This document shows, one piece after another, positions 46,988 to 60,516 of a stretch of 64,000 nucleotides of DNA. The stretch spans positions 23,684,001-23,748,000 of the forward strand of contig OX597820.1 of assembly GCA_951406725.2 (NCBI GenBank). Reading direction: 5' to 3'. Below the pieces are notes generated by a model that saw only the letters and a list, made by a program, of their open reading frames with translations, made no database searches and had not been told where the DNA came from. The position numbers and the translations under genes were made by a program. The number at the start of each line of letters is the position of its first letter. Position 1 is the first letter of the stretch. Origin of the DNA: Octopus vulgaris (Eukaryota).

Positions 46988-48904
46988 ATGGAGGAGGCAC
47001 AGTGTGAGAGTCCGCTTCATGATGATGAAGTCAAATCTGAAGACGAGCAGCTTGACGATGAAGTAGGATCCGAGAGTCCAATTCATGATGATATAAAATC
47101 TGAGACAAAGTTAGATATAACAAAGAAACTATACACCTGTGATGTGTGTTTGCTAATATTTTCTGATGTCGGGAGTTTGACAGAGCATAAACAGATACAT
47201 GGCCCTGAAAAACCATATCCATGTGATATCTGTGGCAAATCATTTTCACACAAAACTAATTTAACTCGTCATCACAAACATGCACATTCTGAAGGTAAAT
47301 CCTGCTGCTGTGATATCTGCGGTAAAACATTTATGACAATCGAAACCTTAGCCACTCATAAACGCACTCATACAGATAAGAAACCATATCATTGTGATGT
47401 CTGTAGTGAAAGCTTTACAAAACGTAAAACATTAAATGTCCATAAACGTCGTCACACTGAGAAGCCACACGAATGTGATGTCTGTGGGAAAACGTTCTCT
47501 CACAGTGCTTATTTAACTTCTCACAAACTTACCCATTCAGAAGAGAAACCATATGAATGTGATAGCTGTAGTAAAACATTTTCTCGGAAAGATTACTTGA
47601 AACGTCACAGGCGTGTTCACACTGGGGAAAAACCATATGAATGCGATGTGTGTGAGAAATCATTCTCTGGTAGTGCAAATCTAACTTGTCATAAGCGCAA
47701 ACATACAGGTGAAAAACCGTACGAGTGTAATATCTGTGGTAAAACATTCTCGACAACTGGAAATTTATCTTCTCATAAACGAATTCACTCTGATGAGAAA
47801 CCGTACGAGTGTGATATCTGCCATAGAACATTCTCTCAAAGTGGACATTTAACTAATCATCAAAGTGTTCACACAGGTGAGAAGCCGCATCGCTGTGATG
47901 TCTGCGGTAAAACGTTTTCAATCATTGGAGATTTAACACGTCACAAACATAGTCACACAATTGAGAGACCTTTCCCGTGTGATGTCTGTGATAAAAAGTT
48001 CACAACCAGTGAACATTTAGCTTCTCATAAACTTATTCACATAGAGAAACCTCATGAGTGTGATGTCTGCGGTAAAACGTTTTCAAGAAAAAGATATTTA
48101 ATTAGACACAAACATATCCATACAGGGGACAAGTCTTACCACTGTGACATCTGCGGTAAATCATTCTTCATGCATGCAGACTTAATTCTCCACAAGCAAA
48201 TTCACACAGGTGAGGAACCTTACCAGTGTGACATATGTAATAAAATATTTGCAAGAAAGAGGTATTTAGTTAGACACAGACACATTCATAAAGGCAATAA
48301 ATCTTCCCAGTCTGATAGTAACTGTGATAAAGATGCACCAGAAGGTGAAAATTCAGTTGATAAAGATGATTCTGGAAACGAAAATTCAACAGCTAGTAAA
48401 GATACTCACAAAGAGAAACTACATCAGTGTGATGCCTGTGGTAAGATATTTGCACAGAAGAGATATTTAATTCGGCACAAACATATTCACTCAGATGAGA
48501 AGCCCTACCACTGTGATACATGTGGTAAAACGTTCTCTCGAAATGACTATTTGACACTTCACAAGCGTGTCCACTCAGGGGTAAAACCATATAACTGTGA
48601 TGTTTGCGGTAAAGCATTCTCTACAACTAAAATTTTAACTCGTCATAAACGAATTCACACCGGAGAAAAACCATACCAATGTAACATGTGTGGCAAAACA
48701 TTTACTTATAAAACTACTTTAAATTACCACCACCAGAAAAGCAAAGACTGCCTTTATATACCACACGGCTTGGATGTTCTTGCCTCTCAATCTGTAGCAG
48801 AGCCTTCTTATCCTTTGCCAGGAGCATCGCTAATGACTTCGCAAAGTCCTACAACCCACTATCCTACTTCCAATATGGCTCTGTTAGCAGCACACTCGCT
48901 ATAA
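46988..48904 (+). CDS. C2H2 zinc-finger protein, 638 aa; 17 canonical fingers (14 + acidic spacer + 3) plus a terminal atypical finger; single coding exon
   Basis: Uninterrupted ORF with an acidic N-terminus, TGEKPY-type linkers and a Ser/Pro-rich tail. Acceptor ttatttcag| at 46828/46829 lies in the 5' UTR. Confidence 0.95.
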   Translation: MEEAQCESPLHDDEVKSEDEQLDDEVGSESPIHDDIKSETKLDITKKLYTCDVCLLIFSDVGSLTEHKQIHGPEKPYPCDICGKSFSHKTNLTRHHKHAHSEGKSCCCDICGKTFMTIETLATHKRTHTDKKPYHCDVCSESFTKRKTLNVHKRRHTEKPHECDVCGKTFSHSAYLTSHKLTHSEEKPYECDSCSKTFSRKDYLKRHRRVHTGEKPYECDVCEKSFSGSANLTCHKRKHTGEKPYECNICGKTFSTTGNLSSHKRIHSDEKPYECDICHRTFSQSGHLTNHQSVHTGEKPHRCDVCGKTFSIIGDLTRHKHSHTIERPFPCDVCDKKFTTSEHLASHKLIHIEKPHECDVCGKTFSRKRYLIRHKHIHTGDKSYHCDICGKSFFMHADLILHKQIHTGEEPYQCDICNKIFARKRYLVRHRHIHKGNKSSQSDSNCDKDAPEGENSVDKDDSGNENSTASKDTHKEKLHQCDACGKIFAQKRYLIRHKHIHSDEKPYHCDTCGKTFSRNDYLTLHKRVHSGVKPYNCDVCGKAFSTTKILTRHKRIHTGEKPYQCNMCGKTFTYKTTLNYHHQKSKDCLYIPHGLDVLASQSVAEPSYPLPGASLMTSQSPTTHYPTSNMALLAAHSL

Positions 48905-50355
48905 AAACTGCAATGTCTACAGCTTGTATTGCTTCCAACTCCCAAACTGCATTTCAACAAAACTTTTCGCAACAGAGTTGTCATGTAACGGACTCCTGCT
49001 AAATATAACCATATCTAGGTGTCTGGTCTTGGGTGTGTTCTTTCCCTAAGCCTCTCTACTCCTGACCTACATCCTATCAACCAAAATCTTCAACCTTTCT
49101 CATTTTTCAGAAAGATCTATGGAAACATGCAGCAGTGTATTGCTTCTCCCAAAATGGGAATTACCAACCTATTTCTCTTCCTCTTACTCTCTTCCAGCAC
49201 CTCAGAACTGACAACAGAAACAGTGGCCTCCATTAATTATCTCTAGATGTATTTCGACTGGAGATTTGTTTTGTTTTTCACTTGATTCTCTTTGCCCTTG
49301 AGCACTCTAGTGAAAGATGGCATTTTAATCCATTTGGCCTGAATACCTAAGCTGAGGTGCCCACCATTGGTCTATATCATGTCTTTTTGTCTGGATTTCT
49401 GCAAAATCAATGCACTGTTCAATGTGTGCAGATGAGGCCCTCACCAATACATATTTTATAAACTCTGGTCTACTCCATGGTCCAACTACATTTCCCACAC
49501 TTCTATGCAGACGATTTTACTGTCACTCTTACAAACATCCAAGCCCAAAACGGGTCCTGTGCTTTTTCCATAAAACTGAGGAAGCTTGAAAAGATTCTTC
49601 ATGACTTTAATGACAATCTAATCTATTTCAACAACATAACAACAAGCCAAGCAGTCAATCCTGTATATCATCCTCTATAATCATGATCGAAGTCCCTGAA
49701 AGTGCAAGATCTCACAATCTTCAATGATCTCTCATGGTAACCTCTTGTGCTAAACACTTTCCACAATCCTCCGGAGCTCCATAGTGTTCCTGTCAATACA
49801 AAAAAGTGTAAACATTGACAAGATGCTTAGTCATGTGTGCAAATTATGATCTCTACAGATGTTTACTCCAAAGTCATTGTAGAATGAGACTTCAGTGTTT
49901 TCTTGTAGGAAAACTCGATTGATTTGCTGTGGTGTGTATATAATTTCTCATGCCAATATGATTGATATCTGTAGTTAAAACATTTGTAACAGATGTTTTG
50001 GTTTTCCACAAACATTCGTATAGTTCATAACGATACTCATAGTATATATCATTCTTATTCACCAATTTCCACAAACCTATTCATACAGGTGGCATTAATG
50101 ATAAAATATTCTAGAAATTCTGTTTTAACTAGTCTCATGTCATAACTGAAAATCATTGTCGCAATTAAAGAAGCTGTCACAACACAAATAAATCACGGTA
50201 TGTTGCCTGAATGAAATGTGTTTGTATCAGAATTTTTAGTAAATCTTATAAAATGAGTGAAAGTTTCGTTTATAGTGCTATTGTAACATTTTTGGTAGAA
50301 TTGTTTGAAAGATAACCATAAAATACAGCTGTAATATTTCACCATTCCTGACTCT

Positions 50356-50400
<45 letters not shown>

Positions 50401-52962
50401 TAGATAGATGTTACACATGATTGAGAAGGTCTTTGATGAAAAAAATATTAAAAGTTGCATAAATGTAACTTTTCCTTTGAAATATTTCCATGTTAAATTC
50501 TTACAGTAGTTTAACCTTTTCCCTTTCAAATTGACAGAGATTGGAGGTTATTTTTGTAAATTACGTTCCAGAATCCTCCTCGACATTGTGTTTAAGCTGA
50601 TTATAAACTGCTATTTGTCACTATAACCATTAACTTGGTCAAATCTTATTTTTTAAAGATAAATTTTTATGTTGTAATTATATTTGAAATGAATATATAG
50701 AACTGTCTGTCAAATTATTGCTCCTTTGGAAATGTTTCGTTACGTTTCTGATTTACTTACAGTGGATTAACTTGAATAATGAATCTGGCTATAAATATGC
50801 AGTTATCAAAATTGTATCACTTAATTGCTGGCAATAAATGTGTATTTTAAAAAATAATCTTCTGATGTAAAAGTTGTCCTTCGAAATCTTAACTCATGGG
50901 ATATCTTCAAATATATAAGTGCCAAATGAATGAATACATCAAAATTATAATGTAAAATCTAAATAATAAATATGATGAATTTCTCAAATGTTTGCTTCAT
51001 TTTTGTAAAAAGTGAATTTTCATATATTCTTAAAATTTCAATTCTAAAAGATGACCACTGCAAACTTGTCAGGAGTTGAGATTTTTTTTTCTTGTTGGAA
51101 TTTTTTCAGGAATGTGTAAAGCACCCATTACATTCTCAGAGTGGTTGGTGTTAGGAAGGGCAGCCAACCACAGAAATCATGCCAAATCAAACTGGAGTCT
51201 GGTGCAGCCCTTCAGCTTTTCAGCCCTGGTCAAACTGTCCAGCATGGACAATGAATATTGATGATGATGAGTCTTCCGCTATTCATTACCAGAATATTTT
51301 GAATAAGTCAGAACATTTCTTGAACTGAAAGCTTGTCTTGTGTAATGTTACATATTTCTCTGGCATGACCTGTTAAGATATTGTATAGATACTGGCAAAT
51401 TCTGCAGGTGGAGCAAGGCCTCAATTAAGTGGTTCGTAATGCAATTACTAGGAAAGGTGTAGGTAGTGGATTCATCAAGAATAGTCAGCCACAAGGCGGT
51501 GAGCTACCAGAAACGTTAGCACGCTGGCAAAATGCTTAGTGGTATTTCATCTGCTGTTCTGAGTTCAAATTCCACTGAGGTCAACTTTGCCTTTCATCCT
51601 TTCAGGGTTGATAAATTAAGTACCAGTTATGTACTGGGGTCGATGTAATCGACTTAATCCCTTTGTTTGTCCCCTCTATGTTTAGCCCCTTGTGGGCAAT
51701 AAAGAAATAAGAATAGTTAGCCACAGACACTGAAACCTTGAAGTTCTGCATGAACAATGCTACTTATGGAAGTTGATCAGTGAGTAAAGGGAAATGAATG
51801 GAGTGGCCCTTGAACATTTACTGTATTGTAATATTGTCAACTGCTTCATGGAAAAAATGTGGATGGACAAAGTCTTGAAAGTTGGAAGTATTGTAGTAAA
51901 GAAAAGGTGTGTTTGGCTAAGAATGGGTCTGTTCTGGTATCTGGGCTACAGTGCCATTTTTTTTTTTGCACTGCAATAGAAGAGCAAAGTTCTTTGCCAA
52001 GTACTATTTTATAACAGGATCATGTGGTGTTGACAATGTAGATGCACTTGCATGACCCAGAGAACTATTAGAGGGACAAAAGCAATGTCGATAGGCAGAT
52101 GGTCATTAATACATGCTTAGAAAGAGTCTGTCCTGAACCCATTTCTGTTTATAGTTCTTGAAGAAATAACAAGTGTAAGATCAGATTCCTTTGAGAACAT
52201 CAATATTATGTGGGAGGACAGCCCAAGAATGTATGTAGAACTAATACAAGTTAGGGAATCTCGAATTTCAATTCTAAATATGAACTCAATTCTGTGTACT
52301 TAGTGCAAGCAAGGACCTATGCAATGATATAGATTAACCCAGCAAGTGTTAGTTATAAGAAACTCATGAGTTACATATTATATATGGCTGACACTTGTGC
52401 TGGTGGCATGTGAAAAAACATTCGAGCGAGGTCGTTGCCAGTGCTGCTGCACTGGCTCCTGTGCAGGTGGCACATAAAAAGCACCATTTGAGCATGACCG
52501 TTGCCATTACCGCCTGACTGGCCCTCGTGCCGGTGGCACGTAAAAGCACCCACTACACTCTCGGAGTGGTTGGCATTAGGAAGGGCATCCAGCTGTAGAA
52601 ACTCTGCCAGATCAGATTGGAGCCTGGTGCAGCCATCTGGTTTGCCAGACCTCAGTCAAATCATCCAACCCATGCTAGCATGGCAAGCGGACGTTAGACG
52701 ATGATAATGATGATGACAAGTATATAATAAATCCCATCAAAAGTGAACTGCGAATATTAAGCAAACACCCATGGCTTCAGTCCTTCCAAATTTGAATGGA
52801 GAAGTTTAGGAAATGTCTAATAGGCATATGTATGGAATTAATTTAAGAATAACCATTAGTATTAACCTATCTCCTGACAGTAATATATACAATCAATTTA
52901 ATTTTTCCCTTTTTATACCCTACAATAACTGCATTGAGTTGCCTCAAAGAAAAACTAAAATA

Positions 52963-53528
52963 TTGGTTTGTCTGGAAAGTTCATGCCGATTTTTGAAGGA
53001 AAGAAAAAGGTCAATAAATACTTGCCATTACATTTTTAATCAACCAAATATGAACCATTTTGTTGCACAATGCGTCTCCATCTTTCCTTTAATTTGAAAA
53101 TACCCTCTTCCCAGAATTGAGGTGGTTTCATGGCAAAGAATTCATTAAGGTATCTTTTTATGTCATCCAAAGAATTTAAATTTTTACCATTAAGACTATT
53201 CTGCATAGACCTGAATAAGTGGAAATCCGAAGGAGCAATATCTGGTGAATATGGAGGGTGGGGTAACACATCCCAGCCAAGCTGCAGCAATATTTGTCTG
53301 GTTCCCAAAGCATCAAGTGCCAAAAATGAACTTTCTTATCTTCCATTTTAAAGGGTTACAAAATTAACACAGGTTATAGGAACATAAACCTTCTTCCACA
53401 AAAAGATAGCTTAAACTGTGCTCTAAATGGAGGTGTAGTCAAATCCTATTTTATAGACTCAACCATGTTTTAAAATAAGTCGAAATAAAAGCTACTATAA
53501 ATCGGCACAAACTTTCCAGACAACTCAA
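52963..53528 (-). mobile_element. Internally deleted mariner element (D,D34D transposase C-terminus)
   Basis: TIRs ttggtttgtctggaaagttcatgccgattt / aaatcggcacaaactttccagacaactcaa with TA flanks; ORF 53036-53323 contains LGWDVLPHPPYSPDIAPSDFHLFRSMQNSL. Confidence 0.92.
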
Positions 53529-53789
53529 TACATGATAGTCCAACAGTACATAAGTACTAAGGCACATGGTTTAACCAATTCCCTACAACATGAGTATAGT
53601 ATTCAATGAAGCTAGTAATTTCCTATGTTTAAAACATCAATGTAGGCTCTTTGAGAAAACTGTTTGCTATACTTGCTTAGAAAGCATCTGATCCCAAATA
53701 TTCAACCATAATCAAAGTCATAGTAAATTCACATTCTGGCCATATAATAGCAAGTGTACCACAAAGGTACTAGTGTACATAACAAAAAT

Positions 53790-53990
53790 AAGACAGTACT
53801 GAAAATTATCAAAGAAAATATGTTCAAAACAAGGCATACACAGCACACTCACTTGATTACATCTTGAAACTGAAATAAATTCACATTCTTGTTCCAGTAC
53901 ATCTGGAAACTAAAAGATAGTGGAGTTAACAACATACCTATAAACTGGAGCATTGTTGAGATTGCTTCCAAATATATCTCTTCCAGTCAG
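53790..53990 (+). mobile_element. Penelope-like GIY-YIG endonuclease remnant
   Basis: FKTRHTQH...QYIWKLKDSGVNNIPINWSIVEIA. Confidence 0.6.
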
Positions 53991-54767
53991 TATGATCTAA
54001 AAGTAAGCATAATTTCTAGAAAGATTCACCGTTACCTTTCAACAGTGCCAATCTCATGTTGCCAGACATTCCTGAACCTTCTGTCAAAGTTCCATTCATC
54101 TTTTTTACACTTTAAGGATCACACATTGCAAAAAACTGAATAGTAACTATTATCCACAGCTTCAAGTACACACACACACACACACACACACATTCCCTGG
54201 TTATGTAAAAATGTGTTCCATTTTCTTGTCTTCTCATAGTCACTGTTTGATTTCTTTCACTTACCTAGAGGAGTGCTGTTTTTTTTAAAATTTTGTCCAG
54301 GTGTGGCCGTGTGGTTAAGAATCTTGTTTCCTACTCATGTGGTCTTGGGTTTGGTCTCACTAAACAGCACCAAGGGCAAGCGCCTACTGTAGCTCTGGAC
54401 CAATCAAAGCCTTGTGAGTGGATCTGCTTGATGGAAACTGAAAGAAGTCTGTTATATATATATATAATGAGCGAGGTCGCTGCCAGTGCCACTGGACTTG
54501 CTCCTGTGCAGGTGGCACATAAAAAGCACCATTTGAGCATGGCCATTGCCTGACTGGCCCTTGTGCCGGTGGCATGTAAAAGCACCCACTACACTCTCGG
54601 AGTGGTTGGCATTAGGAAGGGCATCCAGCTGTAGAAACTCTGCCAGATCAGATTGGGGCCTGGTGCAGCCATCTGGTTCCCCAGACCTCAGTTGAATCGT
54701 TCAACCCATGCTAGCATGGAAAGCAGGTGTTAAATGATGATGATGATAATGATATATGATATATATA

Positions 54768-55125
54768 TCTTTTATATAAAATCCGTTCTGTTTTGTGTGT
54801 GTGTCTTCTAGGATCTTGGGCATCCTCCATCCGATTGCACTCAAATTTGATATGTAGATACTGACGGTATCAGGGCGTGTATAAGTCTTGAAAAAGTTAC
54901 AAAAATCAATTCCAGGTGAGAATGCGATCGATAAAGCTGTGGGAACATGCTGTTGCGATCGATACTACACATATGTGAGAAAAATGTGTGCAGTTTGCGC
55001 AAAAAAAGCCAGCTGGCTTGAAATAATACCACAAAATGGGACGGTCGGACAAGTTGTTTTGAGAAAATTTGGTTTAAATGTTTGACAACTCAGCACCGTC
55101 CATTGGACAGGGGGCATTTTGCTCG
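54768..55125 (+). mobile_element. Non-autonomous Helitron-like element
   Basis: Begins A|TC followed by TATATAAA and a (GT)n stretch; 3' subterminal hairpin ccgtccattggacagg; ends CTCG|T (a CTRR-like end), inserted between A and T. Confidence 0.65.
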
Positions 55126-58100
55126 TATATATATATATATATATATTTATACATCATCATCATCATTTAAAGTCCGTTGTCCATGCTGGCATGGGATGGA
55201 CAGTTTGGCTGGGCTGGAATGCTGCACCAGATTCCAGTCTGATTTGGCATGGTTTTCTATTGCTGGATGCCCTTCCTAACACCAACCACTGAGAGTGTAA
55301 TGGGTGCTTTTACATGCCACAGGCACAAGTACCATTTGTGGGACTCTGAGGTGCTTTTACATGCCACCAGCACGGGTGCCAATTTGTGTGACATCAATAT
55401 CTGCCACGACTGCGATTTTGCTCGGCTTGATGAGTCTTCTTCTCAAACATGACATAATGCCAAAGGTTTTGGTTATTGCTTCCGTGAGGCCCAACACATG
55501 AAAGGAACTTAGTCACTTTGTGTGTCAGTGTAGTCTTTACTTGACATCACATAATGGTTGTAACTGAGTATTGTCATACAAGCAATGTGAAAAACGTGTA
55601 TTTATGGGGAAATATTACCTTGCTTAAAACAGTTGAGGGTTGGCAACAGGAAGGGCTTCTAACTACAAAATCTGCCCCAACAAATTCCATCTGACCCATG
55701 CAACCATGGAAAAGTGAATGTTAAAGGATGATGGTGATGATAATGATTGTTATAATATGAATTGGAGATTGTCCAGATATTTTATGCTTGGGGTCAATTT
55801 AATTTCTAATTTTGTAGTAATACCTCCTTCAGAGAAAGAATACTCATTCTCTGTCCAGATAGAGATTATTTAGCTTATGACTATTTATAATGCATGCAGA
55901 TTTGAATAGCATTTGATCTGCCTAATTTACATAGCAGGGCTTACACTGACATTAATAGTGTGTTATACAACGCGGAGGTGCAATGGCCCAATGATTAGGG
56001 CAGGGGACTCGCGGTTTCGATTCCCAGACCGGGTATTGTCAGTGATTATTGAGCAAAAACACCTAAAAGCTCCACGAGGCTCCGGCAGGGGGTGATGGCG
56101 AACCTTGCTGTACTCTTTCACCACATCTTTCTCTCACTCTTTCTCCCTGTTTCTGTTGTACCTGCATTTCAAAGGGCCAGCCTTGTCACACACTCTGTGT
56201 CACGCTGAATCTCCCCGAGAACTACGTTAAGGGTATACGTATTGTGGAGTGCTCAGCCACTTACACGTTAATTTCACGAGCAGGCTGTTCCGTCGATCGA
56301 ATCAACTGGAACCCACGTCGTCGTAACCGACGGAGTGCCACGATTGCACAATGTATTTTTTGGATAATTCAGAATGTAAGGTATACGTTTTCAATTAAAA
56401 TAATTTTGTTGTGAAAAGTTCGGAGTTTTTATCAATTTGAAGGCAGAAAAAAGAGATTAGAATGAATAGATGGGTACTCTTTCTCTGTGGAATGTCTTAC
56501 AAGCCTAGAAAATAATCATACTGATTCCCTTTCTTGCCTGCAGAAAAATTAAAAGCTAAAACCTGGAGTATAACCCCTTGGCTGACGATTTGCTACGAGG
56601 TTAAATCGTATGTTTATTTAGAAGTATACCTTATATTTCAAAGTATCTAAAAAACGCCGAGTAGTGCAATATATATAAATATATATCGCGCGCGTATACA
56701 CACATATATATAACACGTACCTTGGTTTACGTTGGACGAATGAGATACTTTGGTGAAGTTTATTTTTGCTGAGGTATTTAAGAAGCAGAAACATGTCTGA
56801 AGCTGACACCTGTTAGTTGTCGAAATGATTAAAATGTTATTTATTGCGCTAAGGGTTCTTTCCCCACGGTGCATCAATAAAAGTATTTCTGATTAAATGC
56901 TAGCACTGACTTAACTATTATTGTTTTTCATGTAGAAAACATACCTGAGTAATTAATGTAAGCGATTTGTTTTCTCGAATATCTTACAATGTTGTCAAAA
57001 ATTCTACAACCACCTGTTTTTAAAATAATTATCCTTTTTATTACAGGCCTTTTGGAATTTGGGGGAAGAAAGGCTAGTCAACTGGTACTTATTTTATTGA
57101 ACCCCAAAGGGATGAAAGGCAAAGTCGATCTGGGCGAAATTTGAACCCAGAGCATAAAGAGACGAAGGAAATACCACTTAAGCATTTTGTTTGACTCGCT
57201 AACGATTCAAGCATTTTGTTTGACTCGCTAACGATTTGGCCTTTAATAATTCCCTCTTGTTTTGTCTGAAAGGCAGCAATTTGAGAGGAAGGGGCCAGTG
57301 CTCAACTGGTACTTATTTTATCGACCCCAAAAGGATGAAAGACAAAGTCTCGGCGGAATTTGAATTCAGAACCTAAAACATTGGAAGAAATGTCGCTAAG
57401 CATTTGTTTGGAGCGCTAAGATAATAATACCATTAATTATTTTGTCCTTCGCCTTGCAAATATTTCCTTGTAAGTAGTCGGCTACGAAAGTAAGGCTGTT
57501 GATTTGTAATTATTTGTATCACTTAGTTTGTTCTTTTCTGTCATTAATGTCTTAATGAATATTATCTAAATGTGTTGTTTTATTAATGTCCTCACATTTC
57601 TATATTTTTTCACTTCTAACTACACCAAATAGTGAAGAAAAATATTAGAAAACAGTAAGTTGTACAAATATATCTCTACTCATGACCAACTTTAGTTTGA
57701 TTTGTTTTACGTGCGATAAGAAAAATAACTTGTCTTGTGTCCTTATTCTTGAAGATTCACTAAAGCTATCAAAACAAATTCTTATAATCATACATTTAAG
57801 TCCGTGTTTATTTAATAAATTATTTTCCGAATTTTATTTTATCGGACTAGCTGATAGTATATATATCGAAGGATCGCCTATTATCTGTTTTGAAACAGTG
57901 TTTCCACTGGGTCGCAATATAAATTATAACTTTATATTTATGTTTGTTACTTCCGTAATATTTTTGTCTTCTGGAAATCTCAAATATCAAAGACTTACGT
58001 GATAGAGCTGTCTTATTTAATAATTAATAACACCTTTCTTAATTATACTGACATTAAAGTTTATAAGGTTGTCGTCGTTAAATGCACCACTGTCACATTT

Positions 58101-59394
58101 ATGTCAGTGTGTGATTGTCATGATTTTTTTCTGCAAGAACACAGTTTTAGCTCCAATGACAATTATACCAAATATAACGAGTGTATATAATGTAAATATA
58201 TTAATGGTGAACATAGTTTTTATTAATGGTCATCGTTATAGTTAATGAAGCAATGTAAATCTTACAGCACATACCAGCTTTAAATGTCAGGAGAATTGAG
58301 AATTTCTATAGAAATGGCTAGTTTCTTTGGCGGTTGAATTTTTTTGTTATTCTAAGTAATATACCAAAATTTCGAAATTTATACAACGACTAGAGGCAGT
58401 GTGAGAAAGTATATCGAATTTACCAATTTTTGTAACGACCAAAGGTAGAATAAGAGATATTATTCGGATTTCTCGCAGCATAATTATTTCAAAATATTTT
58501 CATTGTTTGGCAGCCGGCGGATGAATTCTTTTGCGGGTGTGCTGCGGTTGGCCTTTTTGGCTTCATAGGAATTTTATTTCCATGCAGTGGAGTTTGGTAA
58601 AAGCAGTTGGGAAAAGGAATTTGATTTGTTGTAAGCAAGAGGCGAGCAAAAGTTTAATGCTTTGGGCAGAACACTTCATCAGAGAAGGAGGTTTTAGTTT
58701 GTTAATTTTATATCTAAAATTGAAATTGTTCAGTTATTTTTGTGATAGAATATTAAAAGAAAAAGTTATGAATTAAATTATTCAATATTTTCAATGACCA
58801 GTGATTAGATAACAGAAATTGAGGTAAAATATTAAAAAAACTCTTTAGTTTCTTTCAATGGTGAAGAACTGGTCTTGATATCTTCAGACAACTTGATGTC
58901 CACTCAAAATCTACATTGCAAATCTCTGTACAAACCTATAGTTATAATCAAAACATCTCCCAAAACAGCCATTTGAGAGCTGAAAGAGAAATGATATGTT
59001 CTCTGTGCTACATTGGTTGTTGGATGGACACACCCCTCTTCTGAAAGAAAGGGCTTATTATCAGTTGTTTAAGCACAATAGAATGAGGGTAGACTGCCAG
59101 TGTTGACTACTAATGTAACTATAGCCTGCAAGTTATTATGATGTGGATATTTAGTATTCCAATATGCAAACAGAAGAAAGTAAAGTCAACTTTAGCAGGT
59201 GCGGGTCTGGCTGTGTAGTTGAGAAGTTTCCTTCCCAACCATGTGGTCTCAGGTTCTGTCCCACTGTGCAGCACCTTAGGCAAATGTCATCTAATAGCCT
59301 TGGGTTGACCAAAGCCTTGTGAGTAGATTTGGTGGTTGGAAGCTGTAGAAGCCCTTCATATATGCATGTGTGTGTGTATGTATATATGTACGCA

Positions 59395-59580
59395 CAGGGG
59401 CATAGCTAGGGTGGTGCAAGTAGGGCACATGCCCTGGGTGCCATTTTGAGGGGGATGCAATTTTGGCCCAAATCTTTTTCTAATTAAGCCATTTCTATGC
59501 AAGTTTCCACTCTTTGGTTGGGAGTGGGAGCACAATTTTGATGCTTTCCCTGGGCACCATTTACCTTAGCTGCACCCCTG
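59395..59580. mobile_element. Small hAT-like MITE (similar element at ~1934-2083)
   Basis: TIRs caggggcatagctagg / ccttagctgcacccctg; imperfect 8-bp target duplication tgtacgca / tgtatgta. Confidence 0.6.
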
Positions 59581-60516
59581 TGTATGTATGCATAAACCCT
59601 TGTTTTGACATGATGATCATAAATAAATCTCACTGTCATATAAGCAATGTTGTTTCCAATCTTCTGTGGAAAAATGGGAAAATAGATGTTACCTGATAAT
59701 GATGAACTATAAATGTGTTGAAGCTCGCTATTGTAGTGTTTGGATCCAAGTTTGTATGGAACTTCAGGTTGATGGCAAAATTCTATCAAACTTCAGGTGT
59801 TTGTCAGCTTGATGCCAATGCATAGTTTCTTTTCTTGATCTTGTTCAAGTGGTCTTCATGTGTTTGGGTTCTTCCTGGAATGTATGGTACCAGGTGTTAG
59901 TCTTGTTTCTATTTTTCCTTCTGGTTTCCTAATCTTTGCAGTTTTTGCTTGATGATGGGCTGGCAAATAACAAGATATGACTGTGAAATATGATTTACTC
60001 TGATCTGTGGTTAGAAAATTTGTAGGCTTTGGCTTAATGATGTCAATTACGGTCATTATTTTGTTGATCTTGTTACTGGAGTCCACACCCAAAACATTGA
60101 GTGTAAGTGGTAAACAGACTGATCTAGATCTTGAAAAAGACAAGTATATTTGCTCAATACCCACCTTCAAAAAATACTGTAAATATTTGATCCAGAGGAA
60201 AGGTCCCAGTTTCTGAATTTACTGCTAAAATTCACCCATTAATTCATATGTGAGTCATGAATAACCTCATTTTCTGTCATTTAACCTCCAGTAATCAGAA
60301 AGAAAAACTTTAGTCTCTCTTTATTTATCTTATTTCCTCTTTATTTTCTGCAATTAAGAAAAAGTATAAATATATATATAAATAAATAAATATATATGTA
60401 TGTATATACATATATATATACATATATATTTTTTTTTTATATATGTACTTGCATAGCAAGTGACCTGATCTGAGAGTGTGTGCTGGAATGAAAACAATTG
60501 CAGCGTGGAAGGTGTT

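Noticed and set aside
49000-49750. FYADD motif and LINE-like composition downstream of the 638-aa ZNF
   Set aside because: Probably a very old LINE remnant, but too degraded to delimit or classify by eye.
57179-57236. Short tandem duplications (29 bp here; also ~35378-35525, 32842-32895 and 38768-38798)
   Set aside because: Ordinary replication-slippage products with no evident function.
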